Source: Utricularia gibba
Lineage: Eukaryota > Plantae > Magnoliophyta
Length of the DNA: 64,000 nucleotides
NCBI GenBank assembly: GCA_002189035.1
Contig: NEEC01000004.1
Location: forward strand, 1,240,001 to 1,304,000
Direction: 5' to 3'
Shown in pieces: positions 42,792 through 55,203 of the stretch; positions within the stretch are counted from its first letter, which is position 1, and each line of letters opens with the position of its first letter. Below the pieces are notes generated by a model, which did not search any database, was not told the DNA's origin, and saw only the letters and a list, made by a program, of their open reading frames with translations. A program made the translations under genes and the position numbers.

Positions 42792-43725
42792 ATGCCTGCG
42801 ATCGCATTCGGCCGATTCGATGATTCCTTCAGCGTCGCCTCGATCAAAGCCTACCTCGCCGAGTTCATCTCCACCGCCCTGTTCATCTTCGCCGGCGTCG
42901 GATCCGCCATTGCCTACAGTTAGTCACCTCTGTTTTTACGTTCTTACTGCAACATACAGGAGATCCTGGTTTATGTGAAGGATCCCTTTAGCCATGCATG
43001 TTTATAGAAATATTTGATTTTTTGTTTCATTTTGCGGCAGACCATTTGACCTCCGACGCGGCGTTGGATCAGCCGGGCTCGTGGCTATCGCAGTGGCCCA
43101 TGCTTTTGCTTTGTTCGTCACCGTGTCGATCGCAGCCAATATTTCCGGTGGCCACGTCAACCCTGCCGTCACCTTTGGCCTAGCCGTTGGTGGCCAGATC
43201 ACGATTCTCACCGGAATCCTGTACTGGGTCGCCCAGCTTCTCGGCGCCATAGTTGGTGCATTCTTGATTAAATTCGTCACCGGATCCGTAAGACAAAAAT
43301 TTGATTAATTATTTAACGTAGAATTTCTCTAACATGATCCTTAATTTTCTCCTCAGCCGACTCCCACTCACAGCGTCGCCGCTGGGCTCGGAGCATTCGA
43401 AGGCGTGGTGTTCGAGATCATCATCACATTCGCATTGGTCTACACCGTCTACGCAACGGCGGTGGATCCCAAGAAGGGGTCAGTAGGCACGGTGGCACCG
43501 ATTGCCATTGGGTTCATCGTGGGAGCAAACATTCTGGCCGCCGGCCCATTCTCCGGCGGTTCGATGAACCCAGCTCGCTCCTTCGGCCCCGCCGTGGCCA
43601 GCGGGGACTTCTCTGGGAACTGGGTCTACTGGGTCGGCCCACTCATCGGCGGCGGCCTCGCCGGCGTCGTCTACACGTACGTGTTTCTGCCAAGTGAGCA
43701 TGCGCCATTGGCTACAGACTACTGA
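42792..43725 (+). CDS. TIP2;1: Tonoplast intrinsic protein TIP2 (delta-TIP) aquaporin, 3 exons
   Basis: [42 protein letters not shown]; [16 protein letters not shown]; [18 protein letters not shown]; ends EHAPLATDY*. Confidence 0.95.
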
Positions 43726-44061
43726 ACCAACAAGGGTTCTCGGGAGGCGTTCTTGTAATTTTCAGCTTCTTTGGGGTCTTTCGCAATTTCACTTTCGAAT
43801 TTCAGTTTCATGCTTGTCTTTGTAACATCTGTTTGAAACTCCGACAATTTGTCTTCAAGTCCCAATCTTGTTTTCCTTCTCCATCACGTGATTTATTCAC
43901 TTTGTGCTTCTTAGAAGACCAAAAAAATTTCGGGATGCATTAACAATATTAGTATATAAATGGGCACTCGTTGTCATAAATATCTAATGTTTTTAAAATT
44001 AGAACGATTAGTATTCGATGTTTAATGAAAATAACATAATTAATCTCTACTGTTATATTCC

Positions 44062-44125
44062 TCAAATTTTGACGTACCGGGTATATTTAATCTTCAATTT
44101 TTGACATATCGAATATATTTAATCT
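44062..44125 (+). repeat. Imperfect 32-bp tandem duplication in AT-rich intergenic DNA (possible MULE/MITE remnant)
   Basis: tcaaattttgacgtaccgggtatatttaatct and tcaatttttgacatatcgaatatatttaatct, 27/32 identical. Confidence 0.7.
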
Positions 44126-44672
44126 CTAATCTTTTTAGTTCAAATATTTTTGGTTTTCAATGTTAAAATACCATTTATAATTGATATTTAATATTTAAAA
44201 ATCGAATATATTTTATCTATATTATTTAATAATTAAGCAAAATTGCTCTTTCCATTTTCTCTATTATTTAATAATCAGCGGCGGTAGGAGATAGATCGAA
44301 AATAGTAAAATTAAATTAAATAAAAAAATTGGGTTTTTAAATTAAAGATTGATTTTTTCATTAGTGTAAATAATGAGAATTATTTTTATCCGATTTGGAA
44401 ATATTGAAAATAAATTATTTTAAAATAGTGTAGATTAAAACACCATTTTGGAGATCAATTATGTCATTTAAATAAATAATATGAACTATTGTCACAATTT
44501 TCCCGTATATAAATTAATTAAAATAAATAATTTTTGTTTAAAGATAATGATTTAATTTCAATCATATTTAATTACAAAAAATTAAAAGAATTATTGAATT
44601 TCCGTGTCATCATTCTTTTTTTTTTTTTCTTTCTAGACAAGAAATTACATCCTCCCAAAAGGGATGACTGGA

Positions 44673-46390
44673 TCAAGAAGCAGCTCGAGAGTTGTAAGAA
44701 TGATGAGGCTGACGAACAACCAGCAGCACTGAATCCACTGACTTTCGCCTCCCTCGACCAGTTGGCTGTCAAATACACACATATTCCATTCACAATTAGA
44801 AAGGGAACGGAAAAAGCTTCGATCTTTGAGCACCCCGTTTTCGAACAATTGCTGCTGAACATTTTCTGGGCTGCACTTACCACTGCCATGTGCCATTCGT
44901 AGCTTGTGATTTCGTTGAATGTCCTTGCGTCCATTTCCTGCAGAGTGACACCAACGGAATGCATAAGTTTTGAAGCATTTTTAGCAGCTGCATTGTTGCT
45001 TCTATGAGCCTTACGATACTGCTAACAGGAAGCACTCTGGCATCGCATCTGGGCCGCTGAATCGGCATGGCTGTGAATCGGGGAGTGAGTTCTTGTGCTC
45101 TGAAGATCCACCTGCAGTTCATCACAACAGATGCATCATTTTCTACAGTGATGAATTTGGAAGATGCAAACTTCCTGAACTACAGCTTACCCGATATAGA
45201 TGAAAACAAAGAGTTGTGCTGTTTCTCGGGCGAGCATCCGGATGGGGTAGCTTTTCAGTGAACCAAAAGCATTGGTCATGATCTGAAAACACAAGTGGAA
45301 TGACTTCAACATGTTGATTTCTTTGAAACTCTACTGCAGCGGACTGATCTGTACCGCAAGTTCTAGCAAGGCAACCACATGTACAGCCACTCGAAATCTC
45401 CTGTGAAATGACAGTTGAAGGTTTAGCCAATGTCCATGCCGGTTCATGGTGGAAATGCAAGAATAGTGAATATCAGAGGGAATCATACTTGAACATTATG
45501 TACTTGTAATATGTTGAATCATGCATTGTAACGACTTGCTCAGCTTCCATGAAGCCAAGTTGCTCTCTTAGAAGAATGATGTTGGAAGCAATGTGTGTCA
45601 GCACAACGTAGAATGCCACTACATAGTTCACAATGAGGATACTCTGCAAGAACATGATGAGACTTCTAACTTAGAAAGCAATTCTACATCAGTGCAAATC
45701 GTGATGAACAACAAGCTCACATTGAAGTAAGGCAGGGAAGCCTTGTATCCAACAAGAGTGTAGTACAGCAAGCAGCTTAGGACGGCGATCTTCCGCCGGT
45801 CGGAGAGGGAAAGCCGTTGAAAAGTGATGCAGTAGCCGTGTGAGATGAGGAAAAAACAGACAAACGCAGATGTATGGAAGACCACACTTATGATGTACGC
45901 TCCAAATGACAGCCACAGAGAGCATACGTGTGCGTAGTAACATGAGTTCCTTCAAGAATCAAAGATCAGGGAGTGTAAAAAGTAAGTAAACAAGTCTTGA
46001 GGAATGTGATGCAATGTAGATGTACCAGAAGATAAAAGATAATGAGAACTGCAGAGTCTTCATCCAAGGGATGGTGCTGAGCATCCATTGCAGTGTATTA
46101 TCCTGTGCCAAACAATAAGATGTACATTTTTTAGCACTAATCTTAAAATACCTACAACACTCCAGAACATTCCCAATTATTTTTCCAAATCGCAGTGGAT
46201 AGAGACAGAGATATAGAATCAAACTGATTATGGAATGTTGGAGAGTGACCTCAAACCGGCTATTCGAGTATGTGTTGATCGTCCAAGTGACGGCGGAGAA
46301 GCCCCAGACGACGGCGGCGGCGAGTTGGAGGGGAGGGATGAATCTGTAACCGGGGTTGAGATCGTGGCTGGAGCTCGTTGAATTTTCCAT
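44673..46390 (-). CDS. Uncharacterised plant multipass membrane protein, 8 exons
   Basis: ATG at 46390 (MENSTSS..PPLQLAAAVVWGFS). In-phase exons read NSCYYAHVCSLWLSFG..LISHGYCITFQRLSLSDRRK, SILIVNYVVAFYV..LREQLGFMEAE..YYKYIMFK, RFRVAVHVVALLELA, IRMLARETAQLFVFIYIG|WIFRAQELTPRF, EMDARTFNEITSYEWHMAV, PTGRGRRKSVDSVLLVVRQPH..*. Confidence 0.8.
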
Positions 46391-47335
46391 ATTCACAGGC
46401 GCTTGAAACTTGAAATTTGAAAAGGTGGAGTTTCAAAGAGGAATTTGACAAAATACTCCAAAAAGGGGGGGTTTGTTAGATACCTTTAAAATTTTGTATA
46501 GAATACTTATATTTAATGTGAGAGAAAAAATAAAATAATAATATATTTGATATAAAAATAGTTAATAAATAATGATATATAATATAATATAATATAATAT
46601 TTTAAATTAAAATGTTAAAATAAATCAACATAAATATTTTTTGAGTAATAAAAATAAATAGTATTTTTATATCATAATATAAAATTAAGTTATATTCATG
46701 ATTTATCATTCCCAAATACAATAACAAAAGTTTACATTTTCATATGTTTTAAGAATAAAATTTAACCAACTTTAAAAAATAAAAACAATAATCTTATTTT
46801 TTTGCATGGGTATAATTGCAAATCAAATACACACATAATAAAAATTGGATTATTTTTTGAAATTAGAAAAAAATAGACATGGGTATATTGTAATTCATGG
46901 TTCAACCAAATTTATTATTTTTTTAGAATGAAAACCTATTAAAACAAACAGATAAATCAGTATTTTAACCACAATTCCACCGTTTTCGTTTTTGACCATA
47001 TTTTCGAGATATTATTATTTATTCTTCGTTCACCTATCAAGAAGCCCTAAGGTTGAGCCCCTCCCCTCCCCATGTGCATGTGTCCCGTACAAAGGCATTG
47101 GGCCCTTGGATTAAAGCTTCCCACCCATCCCCATGATTCTCATACCAACTTTCCTCGCGTCTCAAGCAAACCCCGTGTCCGACGCGGTAAGTTAACACTC
47201 GAGACTCGTCCTGAAAGACACGGCCAGGGTGAAGAATACCTTGAATGCGGAGCAGAAGCAGGTTGGTTTTACATCAAAAAAACACAAAAAATGAAGCAAT
47301 GGGCTGGCTAAAGGGAGCGGTCTGTATAATGGAGC

Positions 47336-47355
47336 GGCTTGGCTTGGCTTGGCTT
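47336..47355 (+). repeat. (GGCTT)4 microsatellite in the GATA 3' UTR region
   Basis: Read directly from the sequence. Confidence 0.9.
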
Positions 47356-47403
47356 TTACCCACCTACTACTGGCTGGCTATGGAGCTGGAGGCTGGAGGG
47401 GGA

Positions 47404-48473
47404 CTACATCATGTGCCTTAAATCGTGGCCGCTGAGGATGGCGTTGTGGTGATGGATCATGAAATCATCGCAGCCGTTGAATATCGAAACATGACCCATC
47501 ACTTGCTGTTGTTGTCGCTGCTGCTCCTTCTGGCGACGGAGCTCCAGCACCTTCCGGTGGGAGTTGGAATGCTTATTGGACACGAATGTGGGGCTCGCTG
47601 CGGGTCGATACTCCGGCACCAGCCGCCCCGATTTGTACCGCACGCCGCAAGCGTTGCACAGCGTTTTCGGGCCCATCGGTCCGGTCCTCCATTGCGGGGT
47701 CTTCTCCGACGCGCAGTGGAGACATTTCCGGCCGGTGGGAGCTGCTTCCGTGGTGCTGCTGTTGTTCACATTGTTGCTACCACCGCCACCAGTGTCCTGC
47801 TTCTTCGCCGCCGCCGCCACGTGGAGGACGCGTGACGACCAGTCGCATGGCGGCGCGCGTGGGCGTTTGCTACGGGCTTTTCCCGGCACCGACACGTCCG
47901 GGGGGAACGTCGCCGGAGGCGGCGTCGGCACCTGCACCGGTGCCGGAATGGCGGTGATGGAGGATGACGTGTCGGTGGCGGTTGCGGTTGCGGGAATTAG
48001 ACAGCCAAGGTCCTCATTTGAGAAGGATTCTTCCACGAAATTGGACAGCCACTCCAGCTCCGCTAAATCATCGTACTAATTCGACAGCATTTTTCAGCAA
48101 TCAAACCAAATTCCGACATTCCCGGCAAACAAAACAATTCGCCATAACACAAAAAAATTGAAAAAAAATTTACCGGAACACAGAGTTCGTTTCCAGGAAA
48201 TTGGGAGGAGGAATCGGTGAGAGAGCTCCGGCAGGATATTTTCCCCTGGCAATGCAGCGGCTCCGGGCCACCGGAAACCGAGGAATTGCAGCTCTCCACA
48301 GGTGTCAGAGTGGAAGAATCACCGGAATTCACCAGAAACCCATCCGGGTCAGTAATCCCTTCATCTTCCTTGGAAAAATCAAGCAAATCATCCATAGTGA
48401 AATGGGCACCGCCATTGCCGTTCTTATTATCTCCCGATGAAAACTCACAGTGATCGGAACCCAAATACTCCAT
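47404..48473 (-). CDS. GATA transcription factor, class A (GATA9/12-like), 2 exons
   Basis: Exon 1 (48473-48174): [19 protein letters not shown]. Exon 2 (48075-47404): [27 protein letters not shown], zinc finger [43 protein letters not shown]. Confidence 0.95.
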
Positions 48474-50780
48474 CAAATCACCCAATTCTTTTCTCACCAG
48501 GCCTCCAGGAACAACGAAGAAGAAGACGAAGAAGAGAGAGAGAGACAGACAATTGCCGAAAACAATTAGGACAAAGCAGAGAGAGAATAGAGAGTGAATT
48601 TCCTACTTTTGGAAGAGAGCACTGCCCTCCCTGTATTGAAAGTGAGGTGAGGCGAGACGAGGTGAGGTGAGGTGGCCTTTTCACGAGTGAAAGCAGGGGC
48701 ATTTTCGGAACCCCCGCCTCAAAAATATAATATTATTATTAAACAAATCCAATCCAGTCCTCCCTTTTTTTAAATTCAAAACCTGGGTTGCTTTCTCTCC
48801 TTTACATTTACCTCTTTCACTCTTCCCATTTTACCCTCAAAAAACGATCACTCAATCCCATACATACATAAATAAATCCCTTTTCGATTTTGCGTAGGAA
48901 TAGATCTAACCCTAACGCAATTTGTGGCTCCCACCCACCCCATTTTTTAATCAAACAAAAATAATAATGTTTAATAAATTAATTAATTACACATGGCATT
49001 ACCGTCCGTAACGCACGACGACGTTTCATGGTAGTGACAGGCACGGTCCATACACGTGGCGCGCTATGGTTGGGCCTCCGGGTTTCGTTTTCTTTACCCC
49101 TTCCCTATGAAATGCACCCTCTCAAGGTCCACGAGGACACGTGTTTTTTCGTGCGAAATTATTTTCAATATTATTGACCACGGGCCTGGCCTGGCCTGCT
49201 TTACTTTTTCAGAAGGGGCTTTTTTCTCCTTTTTTTTTAAAAAAAAATTATTTTCGAAATAAAAAAAATGTATTTTCTGTGGGGTGCCCTAAATGCAATC
49301 AGAGTTATGAGCCAAGTTTTTGGTTGTGGTTCTCCGTCAACCAACCTTCCTAAACCCTAATATTTAATATTTAATATCCATATTAAAATTGGGGAAAAAA
49401 AAGAGGAAAAAAGACGTAAAGGGAAAGCGTGTAGGGGCATTTCTTTATATCTTTTTAAAATATTTCTCTGTTATAATTATTTTATTTGGGGAGGAGTTCA
49501 GGATCCGCAGGGTCACATGTGGCCACAATTATTATTTTATTTTTGTGTTTTTAGTTTTCGAATGGGGCCCGTGTGTTTACGGGTCGGGGCAGACCCACAC
49601 TAACTGACTCCGGAGTCCGAACTCTAAGAGGCCGGGGCCCGAAACGTAATTGGGCCAACCCGCGTCAATATGAAACATTTACTGCTATGTCACATGATCA
49701 TCAAATTACTCTAATAATCTATTCTAGATTAAAAGTAGAAATTTTGGAATTTTTTATGAATTATTTTATCTATTCTAGAAATTTTTAAAATATTTGTGCA
49801 TTGTGATTATTAAAAAAGCACTAATTTGGATGTGTATCAAATAGGGCTTTAGGCTCCATTGAGTTTAGTTTTATTATCAAATACTATTAATTTTTTTTTT
49901 TCGAAAAATCCAAAAATTTTAAAAACACTTCTTACTTTTAAAAGCCTTTGAAAGCTTCTACTGTGTTGCCTTTGGCTTGAACAAGTTATACAAAAATACT
50001 TTATTATTAAATAAAAATGACTTTTGTTTCAAAAAACTTATAAATATAAAAGTAATTCTTAGTTATAAAAAGTTGAAAAATTGAAGCTTCTAATTTTTTT
50101 GAAATCACTTTTCAAGAAGCAATGTCAAACAAATCCTATTGTAAAAGAATTTCTACTTTTAAAAAATGATTCTAAATATGATTTTATCCTCAAACACAAA
50201 TGATTTATATTTTAAAAATAATATAAATTTAATAATATTTTATTTTAAAGAAATTAAATTACTTTTATTTCTATTTTATTAAAATATCTTATCAAAAATT
50301 ACTTTTGAATGAGTCAAATCAAATGGATTCTTAATTTAACGTGAATCTAAAAACGTTTTTATGGGTGAATAGAAGAAGTTTTTATTATATATAATTTCTA
50401 TGAATAAATTCAAACAATATTTGGATGATGCTCATACCAAACCAATCATGTTCGGAACGAGCTTATTTTATAATCAAATGATACATTTTACTAAATTTTA
50501 AGTTTATTATTAATAATTTAGAATGACATTTCTGAAAAATCATATTACCGTTACCATGATGTTCTTCATATTCTAGTTTCTAATTTGAAGTTGTTCTGCA
50601 CAACTTCTTCCTGGAGAAAAAATGTAGACCACAACAAAACGATCGGAATCGGAGGGGAAAACAACCATTTGCATTGTTTTTTCAACCAGAACACTGTTCA
50701 AAAAACAGATAGTTATTCAAAAGTTCTTTTTTTTTGTTTTAAGAAAAAAAATGGAAAAAGCCAAAGCAGAGAGGAGCATC

Positions 50781-51287
50781 TCAGGGAGGGTCATCATTTT
50801 GCTGCATCAATCCCTTGTAGAATCTCATGATAAACTCTTCGGCAGCTTCATCAACTCTGGAATCCTCCTCCATCTCCATCTCCATCTCCATCTCCGGGAA
50901 CGGCGAATCCGTTATCCTCACCACCGGCGCCCGCCCGAACCCGGGGAGCACCGGCGACGCCGAGGCGCTTCGACTGACGATCTCTATCGCCGCCGCGAGC
51001 AAATCGCCATGTCTGGGCTTCTTGCTCTTGAGAGCGTGGAAAGAAGTGACGTTGAAGGTGGGACTATTGCTGCAGCTGAAGGTGTAGCTGCCGACCCCCT
51101 CGCCGGGGCTGCTCCCGGCGCCGAACATGAGGTTGCGATCGGCAGCTTTCCCGGCGACTCTCCGCTTCATCATGAGACCGAGATCCGCCAGGAGCTTTGG
51201 CTTGGAAACGCCTTTTCTGAGCATGAAGTACACAAGTTGAACCATTTTCCAGAACTTCTTCGCCAAACCCGGTTCCATTTTCTGCAT
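50781..51287 (-). CDS. Avr9/Cf-9 rapidly elicited (ACRE146-like) / DUF761 protein, intronless
   Basis: KKFWKMVQLVYFMLRKGVSKPKLLADL, YTFSCSNSP, VRITDSPFP, and the C-terminal DUF761 motif VDEAAEEFIMRFY. A TATA-like tatatatata lies about 50 bp upstream. Confidence 0.88.
   Translation of the reverse strand: MQKMEPGLAKKFWKMVQLVYFMLRKGVSKPKLLADLGLMMKRRVAGKAADRNLMFGAGSSPGEGVGSYTFSCSNSPTFNVTSFHALKSKKPRHGDLLAAAIEIVSRSASASPVLPGFGRAPVVRITDSPFPEMEMEMEMEEDSRVDEAAEEFIMRFYKGLMQQNDDPP
50868..50895 (+). repeat. (CTCCAT)4+ coding microsatellite encoding a Met-Glu repeat (MEMEME)
   Basis: ctccat x4 plus ctcc; in frame on the minus strand. Confidence 0.9.
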
Positions 51288-51775
51288 AGGGAGAAGATGT
51301 GGTTCTCACGTTGCAAGTCTCCGCATCCGCGCCTGTATATATAGATAAGGAGTCCAGGGCAGGATGGGAAAAGCCCACCAAGTTGTACGTCTCGCAGCCA
51401 TTGTAGTACAATGCCGATCATTCAGACATCCTCGTCGGTTTATGCATCTGTGGGGTAAAACTGCAATTAGGGGACCAAACCGCAATTTGGGGGTTTTAGA
51501 AGGGCTATGATGATGATTAGTTTAAGTTCCTTTCAGGTGAGATAAAAAGCGTGGGAGGTTTTCTTCGCTTTGTCATAAAGCGCGCACGGGATGGGGTCGC
51601 TTTCATCCCCGCTTTTTCCATTTCTCTATCGATATTTCTTCCTTAGCACCAAAGGCTCGACACGTGTCTCCGTCGCATTGGGTGCAACCACGAGGCTCGG
51701 ATAAGCACAACCTTCTCTTTCTCTTGGTTTGGGTGGAATTGAAGATTTATTTCCTAGTCCCTCGGTTTCCCAAAA

Positions 51776-52000
51776 TTACATTTTCACCTCAGAAACACCA
51801 AAATGCCTACGGCAGCCGTTTACACTGCACCGCCGTGTCGGGTCGGCATTGCCGTTCTCCTCAGCCCCTCGAGATGCTTCCCTTCTCTTCTGCTTCCAAG
51901 ACGACACCTGGCGCATCGGAGGGGCGGGAACTGTAGCAGGAGATGGAGATGCAGGGGATCGGAAGTTGGGAGCAGAGGTAGTGGTGGACAAACATTCCAT
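51776..52000 (-). CDS. Doubtful small ORF (74 aa, Pro/Ser-rich) in a GC-rich island
   Basis: Has an ATG start and a stop, but I recognise no homology. Confidence 0.15.
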   Translation of the reverse strand: MECLSTTTSAPNFRSPASPSPATVPAPPMRQVSSWKQKRREASRGAEENGNADPTRRCSVNGCRRHFGVSEVKM

Positions 52001-53571
52001 CCACGATCGGAACTGGGGGCCACGAGGCCTGAACTAACCGATAAAATATTATTACTTTTGTGCTCTTTCGTGGGAGCCTTCTGCCTCTGCCACTGCGTCG
52101 CCCCCAGTTCCCATCCCTCGTTCCTTCTGAGGAAATAAAGCGCCCGCCTCGTTCTTATCTCTCTTTCTCTCTCCCGGATGTCCCCGACAGAGACCTCCGT
52201 CCTATTCGTGTCAAAAGGAGAAGGGCATTTCGGGGTTTTCGTCTCTGATTCCCGGTACGGCCGCCCACTTTTCCAATTAACCCCAAATCAAATGCTAATT
52301 AGGGTTAACTGTTAACCCTCGTGATTCAATTCCCAATGTCGCCCCGACATAGTTTTAAATCTTTAGTAATCAATTTTAAAATTTTAAAAATGTATTATGG
52401 GGTATAAATCAATTCTTATTTTTTTTCACTCCAAACATTAATCATTTTTATTTTATCAAAATTTTAAATTCTGATAAATTTAATTTTAAAATGATTTTTC
52501 AACATTGGCATAGTGACTAGATTGGGAATCTAAAAATAAATGATTTGAACAAATCCAAGTATGGAATGTGAAAAGAGCCTCTCTTTTTTTTCCTCATGGG
52601 TTGCAATGATAGACACCACTTTTGAATGAATTACCAATTTTCAAATCATATGAAGAAATCAAAAGGCCCCTCACTTTTACTTTATTTTCTACTAAGCACC
52701 CCATGAGTTTTCATAATTAGCATCAAATGGACTTTAAAATATGTCAAATTGCAGGAAACACCCTCCCCCACCCATCTTTATCTATTCAGCACTTTGGATC
52801 AGTGGATGGTACCTTAGTTGCGCCTCCTTTTTTTCTAACTACATTTCATTTTCACCTCTGCGCCCCTCATGTTTCCCTAATTTCATTCTAATCCCTTCAA
52901 ATCCACAATAAAAAACTCAGCCGTAAAGGAGTCTTTAGCCATGCTTTTTTTTTCTATTCTACAAAAAGTTTCAAAATCACCAAAATGACAACCTTCATCA
53001 AAAATTTCAATCACTCTAAATACGATTTATGAGATATCAATTAATATATACAGAAGGGTTATCTAAAAAATGGTCATTATGCATTTCTCTCAAACCTAAT
53101 AGGATCAAGTTTTTATATATGCAATGTTCAATTTTATCAAATAATCAAAAGAGGATGGCTAATTTTTAATACATCCAATAAACCAATGTATTTGATAATA
53201 TAAACATCATTCACCTATTGTATTCATAAACAGACATGTCTAATTATTATATTTTAAATTGAAACATATATTGATAAAAAAATGACATTCATACAATATA
53301 TATGACCAAATAATCATGTTTTGTATATACGATATTATTCATTTTGAACATTACCGATATAAAACCTGATATGGGATTGGCTTCTGTTGGTCGGAGGCCT
53401 CACGCTAGAACAGAACCGGGTACCAGGCGGTCCGGGAGCGAGTCTAAGAACAGCAAGGGAAATATTTTAGAATAAGAATGATTTAAAGTAGATGATAATG
53501 AAATGGTTTTATGGCTTTTCCCATTCCAAAGTAAAGGAAACATGTACAGGATGGATGGATGGATTGACTGT

Positions 53572-55203
53572 TTATTGATGCAACAGGACATAGTCTGCGT
53601 TTTCCAAGCAAATATCACCTGCTGTTGGAGACAAAACATGGCGGGAGACAGCAGGCTTCTGCACTTGGGCATGAGATTCAGCCTCATGCTGAAACAACTT
53701 AACCAGCTCTTCCAACTCCAACTTCCTGACTTGAACCTGCTCTTCTCTAATGGGTCTCTTAAACCCAAGGTAGACCAACCCGACTGCGATGAGTATTACG
53801 GCTAAGACAAGGAGGAGACCGGAGAATAACGCGAAGGCGTATGGTGTACTGGTGGCACCAGGGATACCATCAACGTTGATACCAAATAATCCAGTTATTA
53901 TGGAGAGGACAAGGCCACACCCTCCAAAGACTGCTAGATTGTGGGTAATGGTCAGGCTCCTGTCTTGTAACCATGCACGAATTGTGCTCTGCATCACGTC
54001 TTGTATTGTAAACAAGCGCCCACGAACAGCCTCTTGCTCTTCAATCATTTGTCTTGTGCTTTTCACTATTCCTTCGAGGAGATTACTTGTCAAATTTCCC
54101 CTTAGCTGTTGCTGAAGCTCGAAAACAATCTCTTCCCTGGCGTGGAGAGACCATTTTACTCTGATCACCTGCCTGGATAATCTGGTTATTTCTTGGTTGA
54201 GTATCACACCGAATAGGTTTAGATCCTCATGAGTCCTCCTGTTGACAAACTTTAACTCAACTTCATCTGCTGCTCCAAATATGGATTTCCGAAATAGCCT
54301 GTCATCCCATCGTGCAAGGCGGCTAGCTAGAGTGGCAATAATTTCATGGACTGTCCTGGGTGTATTATAACCACCACCAAGAAGTAATTCCTGGACTTCC
54401 ATGATGCCTAAAACATTGATCCTCGATGCAAACGCTTTAACATGTAGAACTGTCACAAGAAAGTTCTGAGCATGCCAAGAGCGAACGACAATAGGGACGT
54501 CATCTTCATTAATATAAGGATCACCCACAGACTGCCCCAAAAGCTCAAAAAGGAGACCTCCAGCAACCCTCACAGGGACCTCATATAAAAGATGTTTCAT
54601 ACGCTCACTTATCAATCGGCTTTCATCTCTTAGAGCTAATGCAATCGCGGGGTGCAGCCACTGTGCAGAATTTAGCCATGTCTCAACATATGGATGGCCT
54701 GCAGAAAGGTGGCACCACCATGTTGGACCAGCTGGCCTTTCCCAATAAGGAGCAGCTAAATCTGCAACAGTGAGATCACTCTCATCATCCATCATATCAA
54801 TCTGCTGGGAGGTCTGCTCTGCATCTGCTTGCACTTTCTGGGTGAGTTCCGAGATCCTGTCCCAGCCAATTGGAACCCAACGATTTCCTTCACATCGATC
54901 AATGGTAATCGAAGCATCAAACTCAGGGTCCAGTTCATCCACCCGTGGTCTCCCTCCATGGTCATCCATTCCAATGATCGGTGGAGACTCCGAAAGGGGG
55001 CTTTTTTTCACATTCGCTTTAGCAGCTCCATCAGGATACCGTAGGTGATTTCCTTTAGATGATTGTGGTATTGCAGCAGGTTTTGGTGAAAATACTCTTT
55101 TGTGCCCTCTGAATTCAAAAGCACATATGAGTCCATCTTTCCATAGCTCACTACCCAAGGAATTCTTAGCTGAATGAAGTCCTGTAGGATTCTCACGCCT
55201 CAT
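53572..55203 (-). CDS. CorA/ZntB-like metal transporter family protein (plant At2g42950/At1g29820 type), intronless CDS
   Basis: LWKDGLICAFEF, DLAAPYWERPAGPTWWCH, LRDESRLISERMKHLLYEVPVRVAGGLLFELLGQS, and two C-terminal TM helices with the GLFGINVDGIPG loop (GIN instead of GMN). First ATG at 55203. Confidence 0.88.
   Translation of the reverse strand: MRRENPTGLHSAKNSLGSELWKDGLICAFEFRGHKRVFSPKPAAIPQSSKGNHLRYPDGAAKANVKKSPLSESPPIIGMDDHGGRPRVDELDPEFDASITIDRCEGNRWVPIGWDRISELTQKVQADAEQTSQQIDMMDDESDLTVADLAAPYWERPAGPTWWCHLSAGHPYVETWLNSAQWLHPAIALALRDESRLISERMKHLLYEVPVRVAGGLLFELLGQSVGDPYINEDDVPIVVRSWHAQNFLVTVLHVKAFASRINVLGIMEVQELLLGGGYNTPRTVHEIIATLASRLARWDDRLFRKSIFGAADEVELKFVNRRTHEDLNLFGVILNQEITRLSRQVIRVKWSLHAREEIVFELQQQLRGNLTSNLLEGIVKSTRQMIEEQEAVRGRLFTIQDVMQSTIRAWLQDRSLTITHNLAVFGGCGLVLSIITGLFGINVDGIPGATSTPYAFALFSGLLLVLAVILIAVGLVYLGFKRPIREEQVQVRKLELEELVKLFQHEAESHAQVQKPAVSRHVLSPTAGDICLENADYVLLHQ

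Noticed and set aside
45331-45336. CAG-TAG tandem acceptor that could introduce a stop in the membrane-protein gene
   Set aside because: Phase analysis places it inside an intron; the true exons begin after tttcacag and ttttcag.
52033-52120. Possible upstream exon (MGTGGDAVAE..) spliced to the 51776-52000 ORF
   Set aside because: The implied intron would be only 27 nt, too short for plant splicing.
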